Source: an uncultured Acidobacteriota bacterium | GTDB taxonomy: Bacteria > Acidobacteriota > UBA6911 | NCBI GenBank assembly: GCA_963827655.1 | Contig: CAWHCF010000042.1 | Coordinates: 52,778-116,777, forward strand | Reading direction: 5' to 3' | Length of the DNA: 64,000 bases | Position numbers and translations under genes: made by a program | In this document: piece after piece, positions 12,371-22,639 of the stretch | How positions within the stretch are numbered: position 1 is the first letter of the stretch | Layout of the letters: each line of letters opens with the position of its first letter | The notes under the pieces: generated by a model | Databases searched by the model: none | Seen by the model: only the letters and a program-made list of their open reading frames with translations | Told to the model about the DNA's origin: nothing

Positions 12371-14110
12371 CTAGAAGGCGTCTGGCTGCGCCGCTATGCG
12401 GTCGAGCTGCGCCCGCGTATAGGATCCCAGGCTTCTGTAATCAAGCTCGGTATAGTTCTTGATCCAACGGAGGGAGATATTCAAAGCCTTTCGATACCTC
12501 TCTTCGGCGGCTGTCTGGGCCGGTTGATTCTTCACTTCCTCTTTCAGGATCCTCAGAATGTCCTCGAGCTCTTCTTTGAGCAGGCGCTTCACCAGCTCAA
12601 AATCGTGTGCCTGGCCGGTCGAGGTATCTTGGGCGGCATGCCTGATTCGCTGGGCAATCTGGGCAACCGAAATGCGGGCCGTCGCCAGGTCTTCCATCAG
12701 GGCGGGATGGATACCAGGCTTCCCTGCCAGGCTGTCGATCGATTTCGCTCCTCTTCCATTCAGCCACCCTTCGAGGTATTCGATCAACATCCTGGCATTC
12801 CGCCGGGTTCCCTCGATGGTAACGGGACCTTCCGGTACCCTGAGTCTGATCGGATATCGATCCGGGTCGGCCATTTCCGCCCCCGGCTTCCAACCGGACG
12901 CATGCAGCTCCTGGAAAGGGGCGGCTGCTGTCTTCATGTGGAAAATATGGGCCACCCAGGCCCTCACAAAACCCTGTCTCGCCTCCCACTCCTTGTCGGC
13001 TCTAATCGCCGCGCCTGCTGCTTTGTTGACTTCATCGTTCTTGCTTGGGAGCGCCGTCGCCATCCCGCCAATCGGCACGGCGCCTCGCTTCAGGCAGACC
13101 GCCACCAGCCGCCTGAAGATGTCGGCCAGGAAATCCGTGGTTTTGATATCGACGCCGAAGCGGTCAGGCCAGACCGAGTGCGGATCTGTCATGACGTACT
13201 CGAGGATGCTCGCCTGAAAATCCCATCGCGCCGCGTTTAATCCGGCGCCATAGGGCCCGAGCTCAAACAGCATCTCCTCCATCTGATAGGCCGCCGGGAG
13301 CGATTCGATCAGCGGGATCGCCTTGATCACGGCATCCTTCAGGAAATCCAGGTAGGCCTGACTTTCGGTAAAGAACGACCGCCAGAAGGCGGCTTCCTCG
13401 GCGGATTCCATCTTGGGCAGATAAAAGTAGATCCCCTGCTTTCTCTCGGCTTGAGCCTTGCCGGTATGGAATAGCGTCAGGGCAGTGCCCAGGATGCTTG
13501 CTGAAATGGCCTTGCCATCGATCGTGACGTCCGGTTCATCCAGATGTAGCCCGCGCTCCCGATGCATGAAGAACGGAAGCTCGCCCTTCTCCAGCTTGTA
13601 CTCTTTCCCCTTCTCGGCATCGTGAAAACTGAGGGTGCCTTCCACGGCCCGCTTGCGATTCCATGCCGCCTTGACCGTGTCGATGAATCGATGGCCTGCG
13701 GAATCCTCGTCATCGTCCAGATCACCTTCCGCGCGAGTACCCTCCGGACCCGGGTTGAGCCCATTGATAAACATCCCGGTAATCGACGCAGGCCCCGAAA
13801 TCTCGATGCCCGGCTTCTTCAGATCTTCCGGCAGATCGGAAATCTTCCAGTTTCCGCTCCGGATTTCGGACGAAGCCAGGGGGCCAGGCAGGATGTGCTC
13901 GTTCAGAGCTCGTCCCAGCACCTCCGCTCGCTTTCGACGCAAGAGTTGAATCTTCGGAGTGAAAACATCATGCAGGAAGAGGAGATATCGAACGAACTTC
14001 GGAACAAAAAGTTGCTCGGCCCCTTCAACGGGCGCAAACCTCAGTCTTGTTGTTTCGGTCGATTCCGACGTACCTGCGGCAATCGATATGCGAGACGATT
14101 CAGCGACCAT
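12371..14110 (-). CDS. aceB: Malate synthase A-like protein (divergent)
   Basis: EISGP, DLDDDED, RGLHLDE, YFYLPKMES..EA.FW, LIES, GLNAARWD, GGMA, K.WEA.QGF..AWVAH, LMEDLATARIS.AQI. Confidence 0.82.
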   Translation of the reverse strand: MVAESSRISIAAGTSESTETTRLRFAPVEGAEQLFVPKFVRYLLFLHDVFTPKIQLLRRKRAEVLGRALNEHILPGPLASSEIRSGNWKISDLPEDLKKPGIEISGPASITGMFINGLNPGPEGTRAEGDLDDDEDSAGHRFIDTVKAAWNRKRAVEGTLSFHDAEKGKEYKLEKGELPFFMHRERGLHLDEPDVTIDGKAISASILGTALTLFHTGKAQAERKQGIYFYLPKMESAEEAAFWRSFFTESQAYLDFLKDAVIKAIPLIESLPAAYQMEEMLFELGPYGAGLNAARWDFQASILEYVMTDPHSVWPDRFGVDIKTTDFLADIFRRLVAVCLKRGAVPIGGMATALPSKNDEVNKAAGAAIRADKEWEARQGFVRAWVAHIFHMKTAAAPFQELHASGWKPGAEMADPDRYPIRLRVPEGPVTIEGTRRNARMLIEYLEGWLNGRGAKSIDSLAGKPGIHPALMEDLATARISVAQIAQRIRHAAQDTSTGQAHDFELVKRLLKEELEDILRILKEEVKNQPAQTAAEERYRKALNISLRWIKNYTELDYRSLGSYTRAQLDRIAAQPDAF

Positions 14111-14224
14111 AGTTCCCTCTTTCTATTGTTAGTGAGAAGGCGCCTGGATTTTACTACAATCTCACGAATCGCAAAGCCGCAAAGACGCCAGGACCGCTGA
14201 TGAGTGGATTAGGCGAATGTACAC

Positions 14225-14725
14225 TTGGAGAGATCAATCTTGGAACAATTTCAGCCTCATAAGATCACGCTGGTAGTCGCCGCCCTGATCGAAGACCGCG
14301 AGAAGCGGCTTCTGATGGTGCGCGAGGCGCAGCCCGACTGCTACGGACTCTGGAACCAGCCTGCCGGGCACGTCGATGCGGGCGAGAGCATCACGGATGC
14401 TCTCCTGCGCGAAGTCAAAGAAGAAACCGGCTACGCTAACGTCCGGATCGACGGTATTGCTCGGGTTTACTATTTTGTCAATGAGGCCCTGCTGCGCATC
14501 AACTTCTTCGCGTCGCTGCTCGATCGCGTCCAGGGGCCGCTGGCCGACGATGTGCTCGAGACGGGTTGGTTCAGCGCGGAAGAACTCTCGGCGATGAGCC
14601 AGCGGGGCCAATTGCGCAACAAGCGGACCGAGCTTGCCATTCGAGACTGGCTGGAAGGTCAAAGCTCGAATTCAGAGATCATCCAGACTGTGACAGACGA
14701 GATGATCGATCGAGTTCTGTTCTAA
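14225..14725 (+). CDS. NUDIX hydrolase
   Basis: Nudix box GHVDAGESITDALLREVKEETG; start may be TTG 14240. Confidence 0.9.
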   Translation: MERSILEQFQPHKITLVVAALIEDREKRLLMVREAQPDCYGLWNQPAGHVDAGESITDALLREVKEETGYANVRIDGIARVYYFVNEALLRINFFASLLDRVQGPLADDVLETGWFSAEELSAMSQRGQLRNKRTELAIRDWLEGQSSNSEIIQTVTDEMIDRVLF

Positions 14726-14740
14726 GGATTCTCGCAATCC

Positions 14741-14823
14741 CTGGTGTTTCTTGGTGTCTTCGAGTCTTCGTGGTTGGTGTGGTGGAACAAAACCAACCTC
14801 TAAGACTCGAAGACTCGAAGAAG
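14741..14823. repeat. Family-1 palindromic repeat
   Basis: ctggtgtttcttggtgtcttcgagtcttcgtggtt ... aacctctaagactcgaagactcgaagaag between convergent genes. Confidence 0.8.
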
Positions 14824-14831
14824 CGCCAGCA

Positions 14832-16128
14832 TCAGAGATCGGGCAGGAGCCAGGGCTTTCGGTAGTCGCGACTCAGGAACGCGTTCGCCTCGGCATCGCC
14901 GGCGTAACTCTGGGTCTTCGGATCGAAGCGGAGCTTCCGCCCGACTCGCCAGGCCGTGTTCCCCATGTGGCACATCGCGCTCAGGACGTGCGCCTCTTCG
15001 ATGTCGAAGCTCGGTTTTCGGCCGTCGCGGATCGCGTCCACGAAGTTCCGCTTGTGGGCCTCATCGTGCTCGCTGTTCGTGCTTGCGGTGCCGTGGGGCA
15101 GGGCCTCGCCCTTCGGTCCGAAAGCGCGCCAGCGACCGTTGCCGATAACGACGTACCCCCCGGTCCCGTAAACCGCAGCTCCCTCCGCCTCCCCTTCGAA
15201 GGGATAGGCGTTCCCGACTCGCATCTCGTAGACGAGCGTCGCACCCGGGTAGTCGTAGGTGACGAGCATCGTGTCGGGCCACTCCTGGGCGTCATCGAAG
15301 ACGTACTTGCCGCCGCTTGCAGCGACGGCCGTCGGCCAGGCCGGGAGCTGCCTGCCCTCGGCCTCAAAAGCTCCGGCGAGCGCGCGGCGCGCGTAGTCGA
15401 TGCGGTGGACGCCGTCGTTGCCGAGGTCGCCCGTGCCGTAGTCGAAAAACCAGCGCCACGAGCCGTGGAATCGCGCCGGGTTGAACGGACGCCGGGGCGC
15501 CGGGCCGAGCCAGAGGTCGTAGTCGACGCCGGGCGGCGACTCGCCGTCCTTTGGGTAACCGATCGGTCCCTGTTTCGCGCTCTCCCACGCGCGCGCAAGG
15601 CTCACACGCCCGAGCACACCCGAGCGGATGTACGCGACCGCTTCGGCGAAGTGGCGGCCGCTCCGGGATTGGCAGCCAACCTGGACCACGCGGTTGTATC
15701 GTCGAGCCGCTCGCACCATCGTGGTTCCTTCCCGGATATTGTGCGAGGCGGGCTTCTCGACGTAGACGTGCTTGCCGGCCTGGCAGGCCAGGATCGCCGG
15801 GATCGCGTGCCAGTGATCGGGCGTGGCGATCACGAGCGCGTCGACCGAGCGGTCGTCCAGGAGCCGGCGGAAATCGGCGACGGCCGTGGGGCGACGGTTC
15901 CGGGCCTTCTCGACCATCGCGACTCCGCGCGCCAGAACGCCCGGCATCGACATCGCACAGCGCCGCGACCTCGATCTCTGGGAGCGCGAGGAAACCCTCC
16001 AGCAGGCTCCGGCCCCGCCCCCGAAAACCCATGACGCCGACGGTGACCCTTTCGTTAGGGCTGGCCCGGAGACTGGCCGCCCCTGCGGCAACCTGAAAGA
16101 GGAATGTGCGGCGGTCGATTCGAGCCAT
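14832..16128 (-). CDS. Tat-exported Gfo/Idh/MocA oxidoreductase, +1 frameshift near 15941
   Basis: MARIDRRTFL Tat signal, VGVMGFRGRG; removing one G joins LCDVDAG-VLARG to IATPDHWH, VYVEKP, YDLWLGPAP, GNDGVH. Confidence 0.85.
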
Positions 16129-16168
16129 GGCGGCCTCCTCACGTTCGGAGTTGTTCGTGTCTTAGGCG

Positions 16169-16246
16169 CTTAGCGAAATGTTCAAACCAACATGTTGTCG
16201 TTCATAAGGGCCTTCGTTCGGGGCGAAGTCCCCGAACGAACCTTAG
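16169..16246 (-). mobile_element. Family-2 MITE-like element, copy 2, flanked by CTTAG direct repeats
   Basis: CTTAG-cgaaatgttcaaaccaacatgttgtcgttcataagggccttcgttcggggcgaagtccccgaacgaac-CTTAG. Confidence 0.75.
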
Positions 16247-16293
16247 CGTCTTCGTGGTTGGCTTTGAAGACGCAAGACATCAAGAAACGCGAA
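16247..16293. repeat. Family-1 repeat hosting family-2 copy 2
   Basis: cgtcttcgtggttgg...aagacgcaagacatcaagaaacgcgaag; further ttcgtgtcttag on the other side at ~16154. Confidence 0.65.
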
Positions 16294-16311
16294 GCATCGT
16301 ACAACGTGCCG

Positions 16312-18732
16312 TCAGCCATCGTTGCGCAGCGCCACCATCGGATCCACACGCGCGGCGCGCCAGGCCGGCACGCCGCAAGCGATCGCCACGGCAAGAGCCA
16401 TCACGGCGGCGGCGCCGGCATAGCTTATGGGATCCGCCGCGCTGATACCGAATAGCAGATGGTTGAGGACCCGCGCCAGTGCGAAGCCTCCGCAGATGCC
16501 GGCCACCGCGCCCACACCGGCGAAGAGCGCTCCCTGGCGGAGTATCATTCTGAGCACGTCCTGAGGACTGGCGCCGAGCGCCATGCGAAGGCCGATCTCC
16601 GGAGTTCGCCGCACAACCACTTGCGCCATCAGCCCGAAGATGCCGACCGCCGCCAGGAGAACCGCGAGCATCGAGAACAGAGCGAGCAGCAACGCCTGGA
16701 AGCGGCGGACCGCGAGCGATTCGCCGATCTCCGCTTCGACGGTGCTGAGCTCCGTAATCGGTCCCGATGGATCGAGCGCTCGAATTTTGGACCGCACCGC
16801 AGGAGCCAGCGCGAGGGGTTGGCCATCGGTAGCCACGAGCAACTGCATACTGCGTCCGATGCGCTGCCCGGTGGAACCGAAGATCTCGAGTCGCGAGCCT
16901 TGATGCAAGCCGCGGCGGCGCATGTCGCCCACGACGCCGACGATTGTAATCCAGGGATTTTTCGGCCCGGCACTACCGAACACGAGGCGCTTTCCGACCG
17001 GGTCCTGATTGGGCCAGTATTTGTTGGCAAAGGTCTCGTTGATCACGATGGCGCGCGGCGCGCCGTCCTTATCGCGTTCGTCGATGAACCGGCCGCGGAC
17101 CAGAGCCACTTGCATGACCCCGAAGAATCCAGGCGAAACCAGATCGTTGGTCGCTTCGATCTGTTCGGAAGGCGGGAATGGAGGGCGATCCTCGAGAGTG
17201 AAAATGCCCGAGCTGGGTGTATTGCTGAGGAACAAATCGGAAATGACCGCGGCGCCGCGCACACCCGGAAGCGCGCGCACATCCTGCAGTAGTTGATCGT
17301 AGAACTGCGTGAGCTGCGGAACTTGCGCGTGTCGGGCGCGCGACACATTGACTCGCATCGTCAGCACGTTGGCGGTGCGAAAGCCGGTATTCATGCCGCG
17401 CAGCGCGCCCAGAGACCGCAACAGCAGGCCTGCGCCGGCGAGCAACAGAATGGCCAGCGCGCACTGCGCGACGACGAGAGCCGATCGCGTCTTTGCCGCC
17501 GCATGTGAGCCGGCCATGCCCCGGCCCCCTTCGCGCAATGCTTCCTGGAGGTTGACCCGGGACAATCGCCATGCGGGCCACAATCCAAACAACAGCGCAG
17601 TCACCGTGGTGAGGCAGATGGCAAAGACGAGCACCGCGCCATCGACCGCGATCTCGTCGACGCGCGGAAGATCTCGCGGCGCCAGCCAGAGAAGAGCGCG
17701 CACGCCTCCGTATGCGGCGAGAATACCCGCGGCGCCCGCTAGCGCGGCGAGGGCGCTCGCTTCCATCACGAGCTGGCGGATGAGGCTTCCGCGGCTCGCG
17801 CCCATAGCCGAGCGCACCATGATCTCGCGGCCGCGAGCTTCGGCGCGCGCAAGGAACAGGCCGGCGACATTCACGCACGCGATCAGGAGAACGAACCCCA
17901 CCGCGCCCAGCAAGACCAGCAAAGGCGTCCTGACATTGCCGGCGACGTGGTTCTCGAGCGGATTTACATAGATTCCGTAGCCAGCATTGTCGTCGGGATA
18001 CTGCTGCTCGAGCTGCTTGCCCACCAGGTCCATCTCGGTTTGGGCCTGGACTGGCGTGATGCCTGGCTTTAAACGGGCGACCATCTGGAGCCAGTAACCC
18101 ACGCGGCGCTTGGCGGGCTCGGAGACTACCAGGGGCGCCCAGAATTCGCTTTTCTTCATCGGGAAAGCAAAGCCGGGCGGCATGACACCGATGACCGTCA
18201 AACGGCGGCCGTCGAAATCAAGCGTTTGGCCCAGGACATCGCCTGCGCCGAAGCGCCGCTGCCACAGACCCCAGCCGATTACGGCGACGTTCTCCTTGCC
18301 CGCGGTCTCCTCCTCTTTGGTGAACAGGCGGCCTTGAATCGGCCTTGCGCCCACCACGTCAAAGAGCGCCGCCTCGGCGAATGCGCCGCGGATGCGCTCG
18401 GGCTCGCCGTCGCTGATGAGGTTCATCGAAGGCTCGGTAAACGCCGCCATCGATTCGAACGAGGTGCCGAGGCGCTTATAGTCCTGGTAGTTCAGGTAGG
18501 AAGCCCAATCCTCTCGCATTTGAAGGCGGCGATTATCCATCCACACGCGCACGAGCCGCTCCGGCTCGCGGTACGGCAGCGGTTTTAACAGGACGCTGCG
18601 AACTACGCTGAACAGGGCGGTGTTCGCCCCAATCCCCAGCGCCAGCGTGAGAACGGCTATGAACGCGAACCCGGGATTGAGGCGTAGCTGGCGGAAACCG
18701 TAGCGCAAATCGGCGAGCAAGCTGGGTAGCAT
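16312..18732 (-). CDS. ADOP-type duplicated ABC permease (MacB/FtsX domains)
   Basis: DLRYG.R.L...[54 protein letters not shown]. Confidence 0.93.
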   Translation of the reverse strand: MLPSLLADLRYGFRQLRLNPGFAFIAVLTLALGIGANTALFSVVRSVLLKPLPYREPERLVRVWMDNRRLQMREDWASYLNYQDYKRLGTSFESMAAFTEPSMNLISDGEPERIRGAFAEAALFDVVGARPIQGRLFTKEEETAGKENVAVIGWGLWQRRFGAGDVLGQTLDFDGRRLTVIGVMPPGFAFPMKKSEFWAPLVVSEPAKRRVGYWLQMVARLKPGITPVQAQTEMDLVGKQLEQQYPDDNAGYGIYVNPLENHVAGNVRTPLLVLLGAVGFVLLIACVNVAGLFLARAEARGREIMVRSAMGASRGSLIRQLVMEASALAALAGAAGILAAYGGVRALLWLAPRDLPRVDEIAVDGAVLVFAICLTTVTALLFGLWPAWRLSRVNLQEALREGGRGMAGSHAAAKTRSALVVAQCALAILLLAGAGLLLRSLGALRGMNTGFRTANVLTMRVNVSRARHAQVPQLTQFYDQLLQDVRALPGVRGAAVISDLFLSNTPSSGIFTLEDRPPFPPSEQIEATNDLVSPGFFGVMQVALVRGRFIDERDKDGAPRAIVINETFANKYWPNQDPVGKRLVFGSAGPKNPWITIVGVVGDMRRRGLHQGSRLEIFGSTGQRIGRSMQLLVATDGQPLALAPAVRSKIRALDPSGPITELSTVEAEIGESLAVRRFQALLLALFSMLAVLLAAVGIFGLMAQVVVRRTPEIGLRMALGASPQDVLRMILRQGALFAGVGAVAGICGGFALARVLNHLLFGISAADPISYAGAAAVMALAVAIACGVPAWRAARVDPMVALRNDG

Positions 18733-18819
18733 CGACGTGACTCCTGGATAAGACATAAGCACCGATTAGTTGGACGTTCAAGCGCAAAAAAGGGTTGACT
18801 GTTCAACGTCCCGGTTCCA

Positions 18820-18849
18820 TTTCTTAGCGCCTTCGTGTCTTCGTGGTTT
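18820..18849. repeat. Family-1 repeat, left arm
   Basis: tttcttagcgccttcgtgtcttcgtggttt. Confidence 0.75.
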
Positions 18850-18937
18850 AATTTGGCGGCTCTGGGGGACCGGTTTGTTGTAACATTCAACCGAACCGCT
18901 AGAAATCGATACCTGGACAAGACCGTGGGAGGTTGCT

Positions 18938-20275
18938 ATGAAATCAAGAATCACGAGGCGCACGTTTCTGGAGACGACTGCCGGCGTGGGAGTCGGGTTG
19001 GGAGTCGCCCCGGGCTTCGCTGCAATGCGCGGCGTCGACGCCCCTAATAACAAAGTGGTTGTCGCGATAGTCGGAACCAACAGCCGGGGGAAGAGCCTGG
19101 CCCAGAGCTTCGCCCGGCTGGCTGGCGCCGAGGTAGCCTATGTGTGCGACGTGGACCAGCAGGCCGCGGAAAAGGCCGCGGCTGCCGTCAAGACCATCCA
19201 GAACAAAGATCCAAAGCAGGTAAAGGATTTTCGCCGTATCCTTGAAGACCGGTCCGTCGACGCGCTGGCCATCGCCACACCGGATCACTGGCACGCACCC
19301 GCCGCGATCGCGGCGTGTACTGCCGGCAAGCACGTCTACGTCGAGAAACCGTGCAGTCACAATCCGCGCGAAGGCGAACTGCTGGTCGAGGCGGCCCGAA
19401 AGCACAAGCGGGCGGCGCAGATGGGCAGCCAGCGCCGCTCCTGGCCGCGGCTGATTGAAGCCATCGAGTCGATCAAGTCAGGTCTGATCGGCCGCGTGTA
19501 CTATTCGCGCGGCTGGTATGCCAACCACCGGGATTCGATCGGGAGCGGAAAAGTCGCCGCCGCGCCTTCCTGGTTGGACTATGACCTGTGGCAGGGACCG
19601 GCGCCGCGCCGCCCCTTCCGGGACAACCTGATTCACTACAACTGGCATTGGTTCTGGCACTGGGGAACGGGTGAGGCCGGGAACAACGGGGTTCACGCGC
19701 TGGACCTCTGCCGCTGGGGACTGGGGGTTGACTATCCGATACGGGTGACTTCGTCAGGGGGACGTTTTCACTTCCGCGACGACTGGGAAACTCCGGATAC
19801 GCAGGTCATCAACTTCGAATTCGACGGAGGAAAGCAGATCACCTGGGAAGGACTGAGCTCCAATGGCTATGGTCTGGATGGCAGCGGCTTCGGCGTGAGC
19901 TTCCATGGCGAAAAGGGCGCGCTCGTGATCGGCGGCGGAGATTCCTACACGGTTTATGACCGGGCAGGCAAAGAGGTGAAAAAGGTCTCGGGTCGACCCG
20001 ACGAGCAGAAGATAGACCTCACGGGTCCGGCGGCGAGCCTCGACGCTGTCCATCTTGCCAACTTCCTCGACGCGATTCGCAGCGGAAAACCTCTGGCATC
20101 CGAGATCGAGGAGGGACACAAGAGCACCCTGTTGACGCAGCTGGGCAACATCGCTTTGCGAGTGGGACGAATGCTTCGCTGCGATCCCCAGAATGGCCGC
20201 ATCCTGGGCGACAAGGAGGCCATGGCTCTCTGGACGCGCGAGTATGAGCGCGGATGGGAGCCGCGCGTTACTTAG
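18938..20275 (+). CDS. Tat-exported Gfo/Idh/MocA oxidoreductase
   Basis: TRRTFL Tat signal; IATPDHWH, VYVEKP, YDLWQGPAP, HYNWHWFW, GNNGVH. Confidence 0.93.
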   Translation: MKSRITRRTFLETTAGVGVGLGVAPGFAAMRGVDAPNNKVVVAIVGTNSRGKSLAQSFARLAGAEVAYVCDVDQQAAEKAAAAVKTIQNKDPKQVKDFRRILEDRSVDALAIATPDHWHAPAAIAACTAGKHVYVEKPCSHNPREGELLVEAARKHKRAAQMGSQRRSWPRLIEAIESIKSGLIGRVYYSRGWYANHRDSIGSGKVAAAPSWLDYDLWQGPAPRRPFRDNLIHYNWHWFWHWGTGEAGNNGVHALDLCRWGLGVDYPIRVTSSGGRFHFRDDWETPDTQVINFEFDGGKQITWEGLSSNGYGLDGSGFGVSFHGEKGALVIGGGDSYTVYDRAGKEVKKVSGRPDEQKIDLTGPAASLDAVHLANFLDAIRSGKPLASEIEEGHKSTLLTQLGNIALRVGRMLRCDPQNGRILGDKEAMALWTREYERGWEPRVT

Positions 20276-20279
20276 CGCA

Positions 20280-20359
20280 TTCTTAGTGTTCTTCGTGTCT
20301 TCGTGTCTTCGTGGTTAGAGCTGTCTAACAAGAACCACTAAGACTCAAAGACACGAAGG
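20280..20359. repeat. Family-1 palindromic repeat, full form
   Basis: tcttagtgttcttcgtgtcttcgtgtcttcgtggt-tagagctgtctaacaaga-accactaagactcaaagacacgaag. Confidence 0.88.
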
Positions 20360-20386
20360 CGCATCCACGACCCAAGAGGAGGAGAC

Positions 20387-21145
20387 GTGCAAACCTATCG
20401 AGTTTCTCTATGGAGCGCCCTGGCGATGATGCTGGGCGCCTTCGCCTTTCACGCGCAGCCTCCCAGTGACGCAAGAGCGGATCCTCAGGCGGACGAGAAG
20501 TCTAAAGTCATTGAAGAACTCCGGAAAGTAAGCACGGGGAACATCGCTGACGCCGTCGACGAAGCAACCGGACAGAGGGGTTTCATGTACCACGACATGA
20601 AGCCGATTTTTAAGGCGAAGATCGTGGGACCGGCGGCAACGGCTGTTCTTCGCCCGGTTCTGAAGACGGATAAAACCGAGTATCCGAACTATGCCCTCCA
20701 GATTCTGGACGAAGCCCCCGCCGGAAGCGTCCTGGTCTACGTGCTGGAAGACGGTCTCGAGACTGCCGGCATCGGAAACCTGATGGCGACCACCGCTAAA
20801 GTGCGCGGGCTGTCCGGCGCCGTCATCGACGGCGGCGCCCGTGATATCGAAGAAATCGAAGCGATCCAATTCCCCGTCTTCAGCCGTTCGGTGACGCCCG
20901 CAACATCGGTAGGGCGATATGTCAGCGTCGCGAAGCAGGTCCCGGTGACCTGCGGCGGCGTGCTGGTTCGACCCGGCGACTACATCGTGGGAGATCGGGA
21001 TGGCGTCGTGGTGGTTCCGGTGGAGAAGATCGCAAAGGTCGTGGAATTGATCCGGGACTATGACGCGAGAGAGAGCAAGATGGTCCCGATCATCAAGGAA
21101 CAGAAATCCATGCTCAAGGCGCTGGCGAAATACAATCGCTACTGA
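20387..21145 (+). CDS. RraA / HMG-aldolase family protein with N-terminal signal peptide
   Basis: STGNIADA, GNLMAT, VIDGGARD, V.PGDYIVGDRDGVVVVP; GAGGAG RBS before GTG. Confidence 0.88.
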   Translation: MQTYRVSLWSALAMMLGAFAFHAQPPSDARADPQADEKSKVIEELRKVSTGNIADAVDEATGQRGFMYHDMKPIFKAKIVGPAATAVLRPVLKTDKTEYPNYALQILDEAPAGSVLVYVLEDGLETAGIGNLMATTAKVRGLSGAVIDGGARDIEEIEAIQFPVFSRSVTPATSVGRYVSVAKQVPVTCGGVLVRPGDYIVGDRDGVVVVPVEKIAKVVELIRDYDARESKMVPIIKEQKSMLKALAKYNRY

Positions 21146-21167
21146 GTTCCCGGCATGTCGTGTGGGG

Positions 21168-21870
21168 TTACTGCGCGAGCGGGTACTGGTACTCGATCTC
21201 CAGAGTCGACCTGCCGGCGAGGAAGATCGAGCTTTCCGAAAAAATCCTCGCAGGAAGCCAGCGGTTTCCTCAGCTTGTGATAGTCCTTCTCGATCTTTGA
21301 GCTTGTGGTCCAGAAGGACGGACGTATCAAGGGCGAGCCCACCAGCCGCGCGATGTGCAGATCCTGACAGTCGAGCCAGATGCTGCCCTGAACGGCATAC
21401 TTGTTCCTTTTCAGCGGCGTGATGTCGAACACGTAACTCGCGCGCCCGTTCCAGTTTTCGATCCGCTGGAAATGAAACTTGTAGTTCGCGGGCGTCACAT
21501 CTACGTCCTCGCGCTGGTTCTCGGCCTCGGCCTCGGCTTCGAGAATTTTCTCGAACACTCGATTCCGGATCAGATCCGATCCTTCGAACGAGATCAGCCG
21601 CGACTCGGCGTGACGATTCGAGTCCACCATGGTTTCAACCACCATGCTGGCCTTCTTCTTGAACCGCCGGTTCTCGGCCTGAAAGATCCGGGTAACCTTA
21701 TACTCGTGGAAATCGCGCGCGACGGCCCGACTACGCTCCGCCATGGCCAGAATCACCGACTGTTCGTCGACGGCCTTGCTCGGTGCGAGGGCGGAGATTG
21801 ACTCGCCGCCCCATGCAGCCGCGGCCGCGCATAAAACACCGGCAACGGCAACCGCTGGAAATTTTCGCAT
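21168..21870 (-). CDS. Secreted hypothetical protein (MucB/LolA-like fold suspected), +1 frameshift near 21270
   Basis: Signal peptide; TPANYKF, G.IWLD..D..IARL.G, PSFW; corrected end GNRWLPARIFSESSIFLAGRSTLEIEYQYPLAQ* removes the overlap with the RraA gene. Confidence 0.6.
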
Positions 21871-22410
21871 CTGTCGCTCAGCTCTCTAATCATCTTCTTC
21901 TCCATCGCTCAGAACGTGCGGCTCGACCTTGGCAAACCCGTTTCGCGACAAAGCACCTCGCACTTTCGATTGAATTCCCGCAGCACCCCATTGATAGCAA
22001 GCCGTGTTCCACAATAAAAACATCAGCTTCAGCGAAGAACAGGAGGCCTAGCGCATCAAGAAGATTGGACTTACATCCTGGAAAGCCCCCGCGAGAGGAA
22101 TCGACTTCCATCCGTGACGGTGGCAAGAAGTCCGACACCTGCCCAAGAATCCGTCGCAGTTGCCGGGCTATTGGCGCGCCTTGAATTGGCACAGCGAGCT
22201 TCGTGACGAGTCTGGCCATTTCGCGCGCTTTAGCAAGCTGTTCTGGAGTGTTGACACTTGGCGGGCACAGCCAGCTCGTGCCGAAGGCACGGCAGAAAAT
22301 AGCCCCGCCTGTGGAGAGTGAAAAGTAAAAAGTGCTGAGGGGAAAGTAGGGAGGCGAAGCGATGGGGGAGAGAAAGAGAGTCGAACGTTGAGGATCTGAT
22401 TGGGACTGTC

Positions 22411-22596
22411 GCGCGGGTCATCATGAGACTGTCTCGAAACTCAGATTCCCTGGTAGTTTGGCTCAGACATTCTTTAGAGCACCCTGTCGCGACGGGCCAA
22501 TGGCCCGTCGCAAGTTACGTAATCGCTATGCCTTAACCTTAAAAGTTCAGTAGTGCCCCTCGGGAGCCGGACGGGCTTGATAGCCCGTTCGCGCAT
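22411..22596 (+). mobile_element. Family-3 non-coding double-hairpin element, copy 1 (leader 22411-22442, body 22455-22596)
   Basis: Body is the near-exact reverse complement of 42925-43067; hairpins GCGACGGGCCA-A-TGGCCCGTCGC and GACGGGCT-TGAT-AGCCCGTT. Confidence 0.8.
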
Positions 22597-22639
22597 CTAT
22601 GCAAGCCAGGGCCTGGCCTGCTAACCCCTTCGTACTGCG

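Noticed and set aside
21890-22424. ORFs 21890..22219, 21783..22184 and 22230..22424
   Set aside because: No motifs or convincing RBS; partly made of repeat-derived sequence
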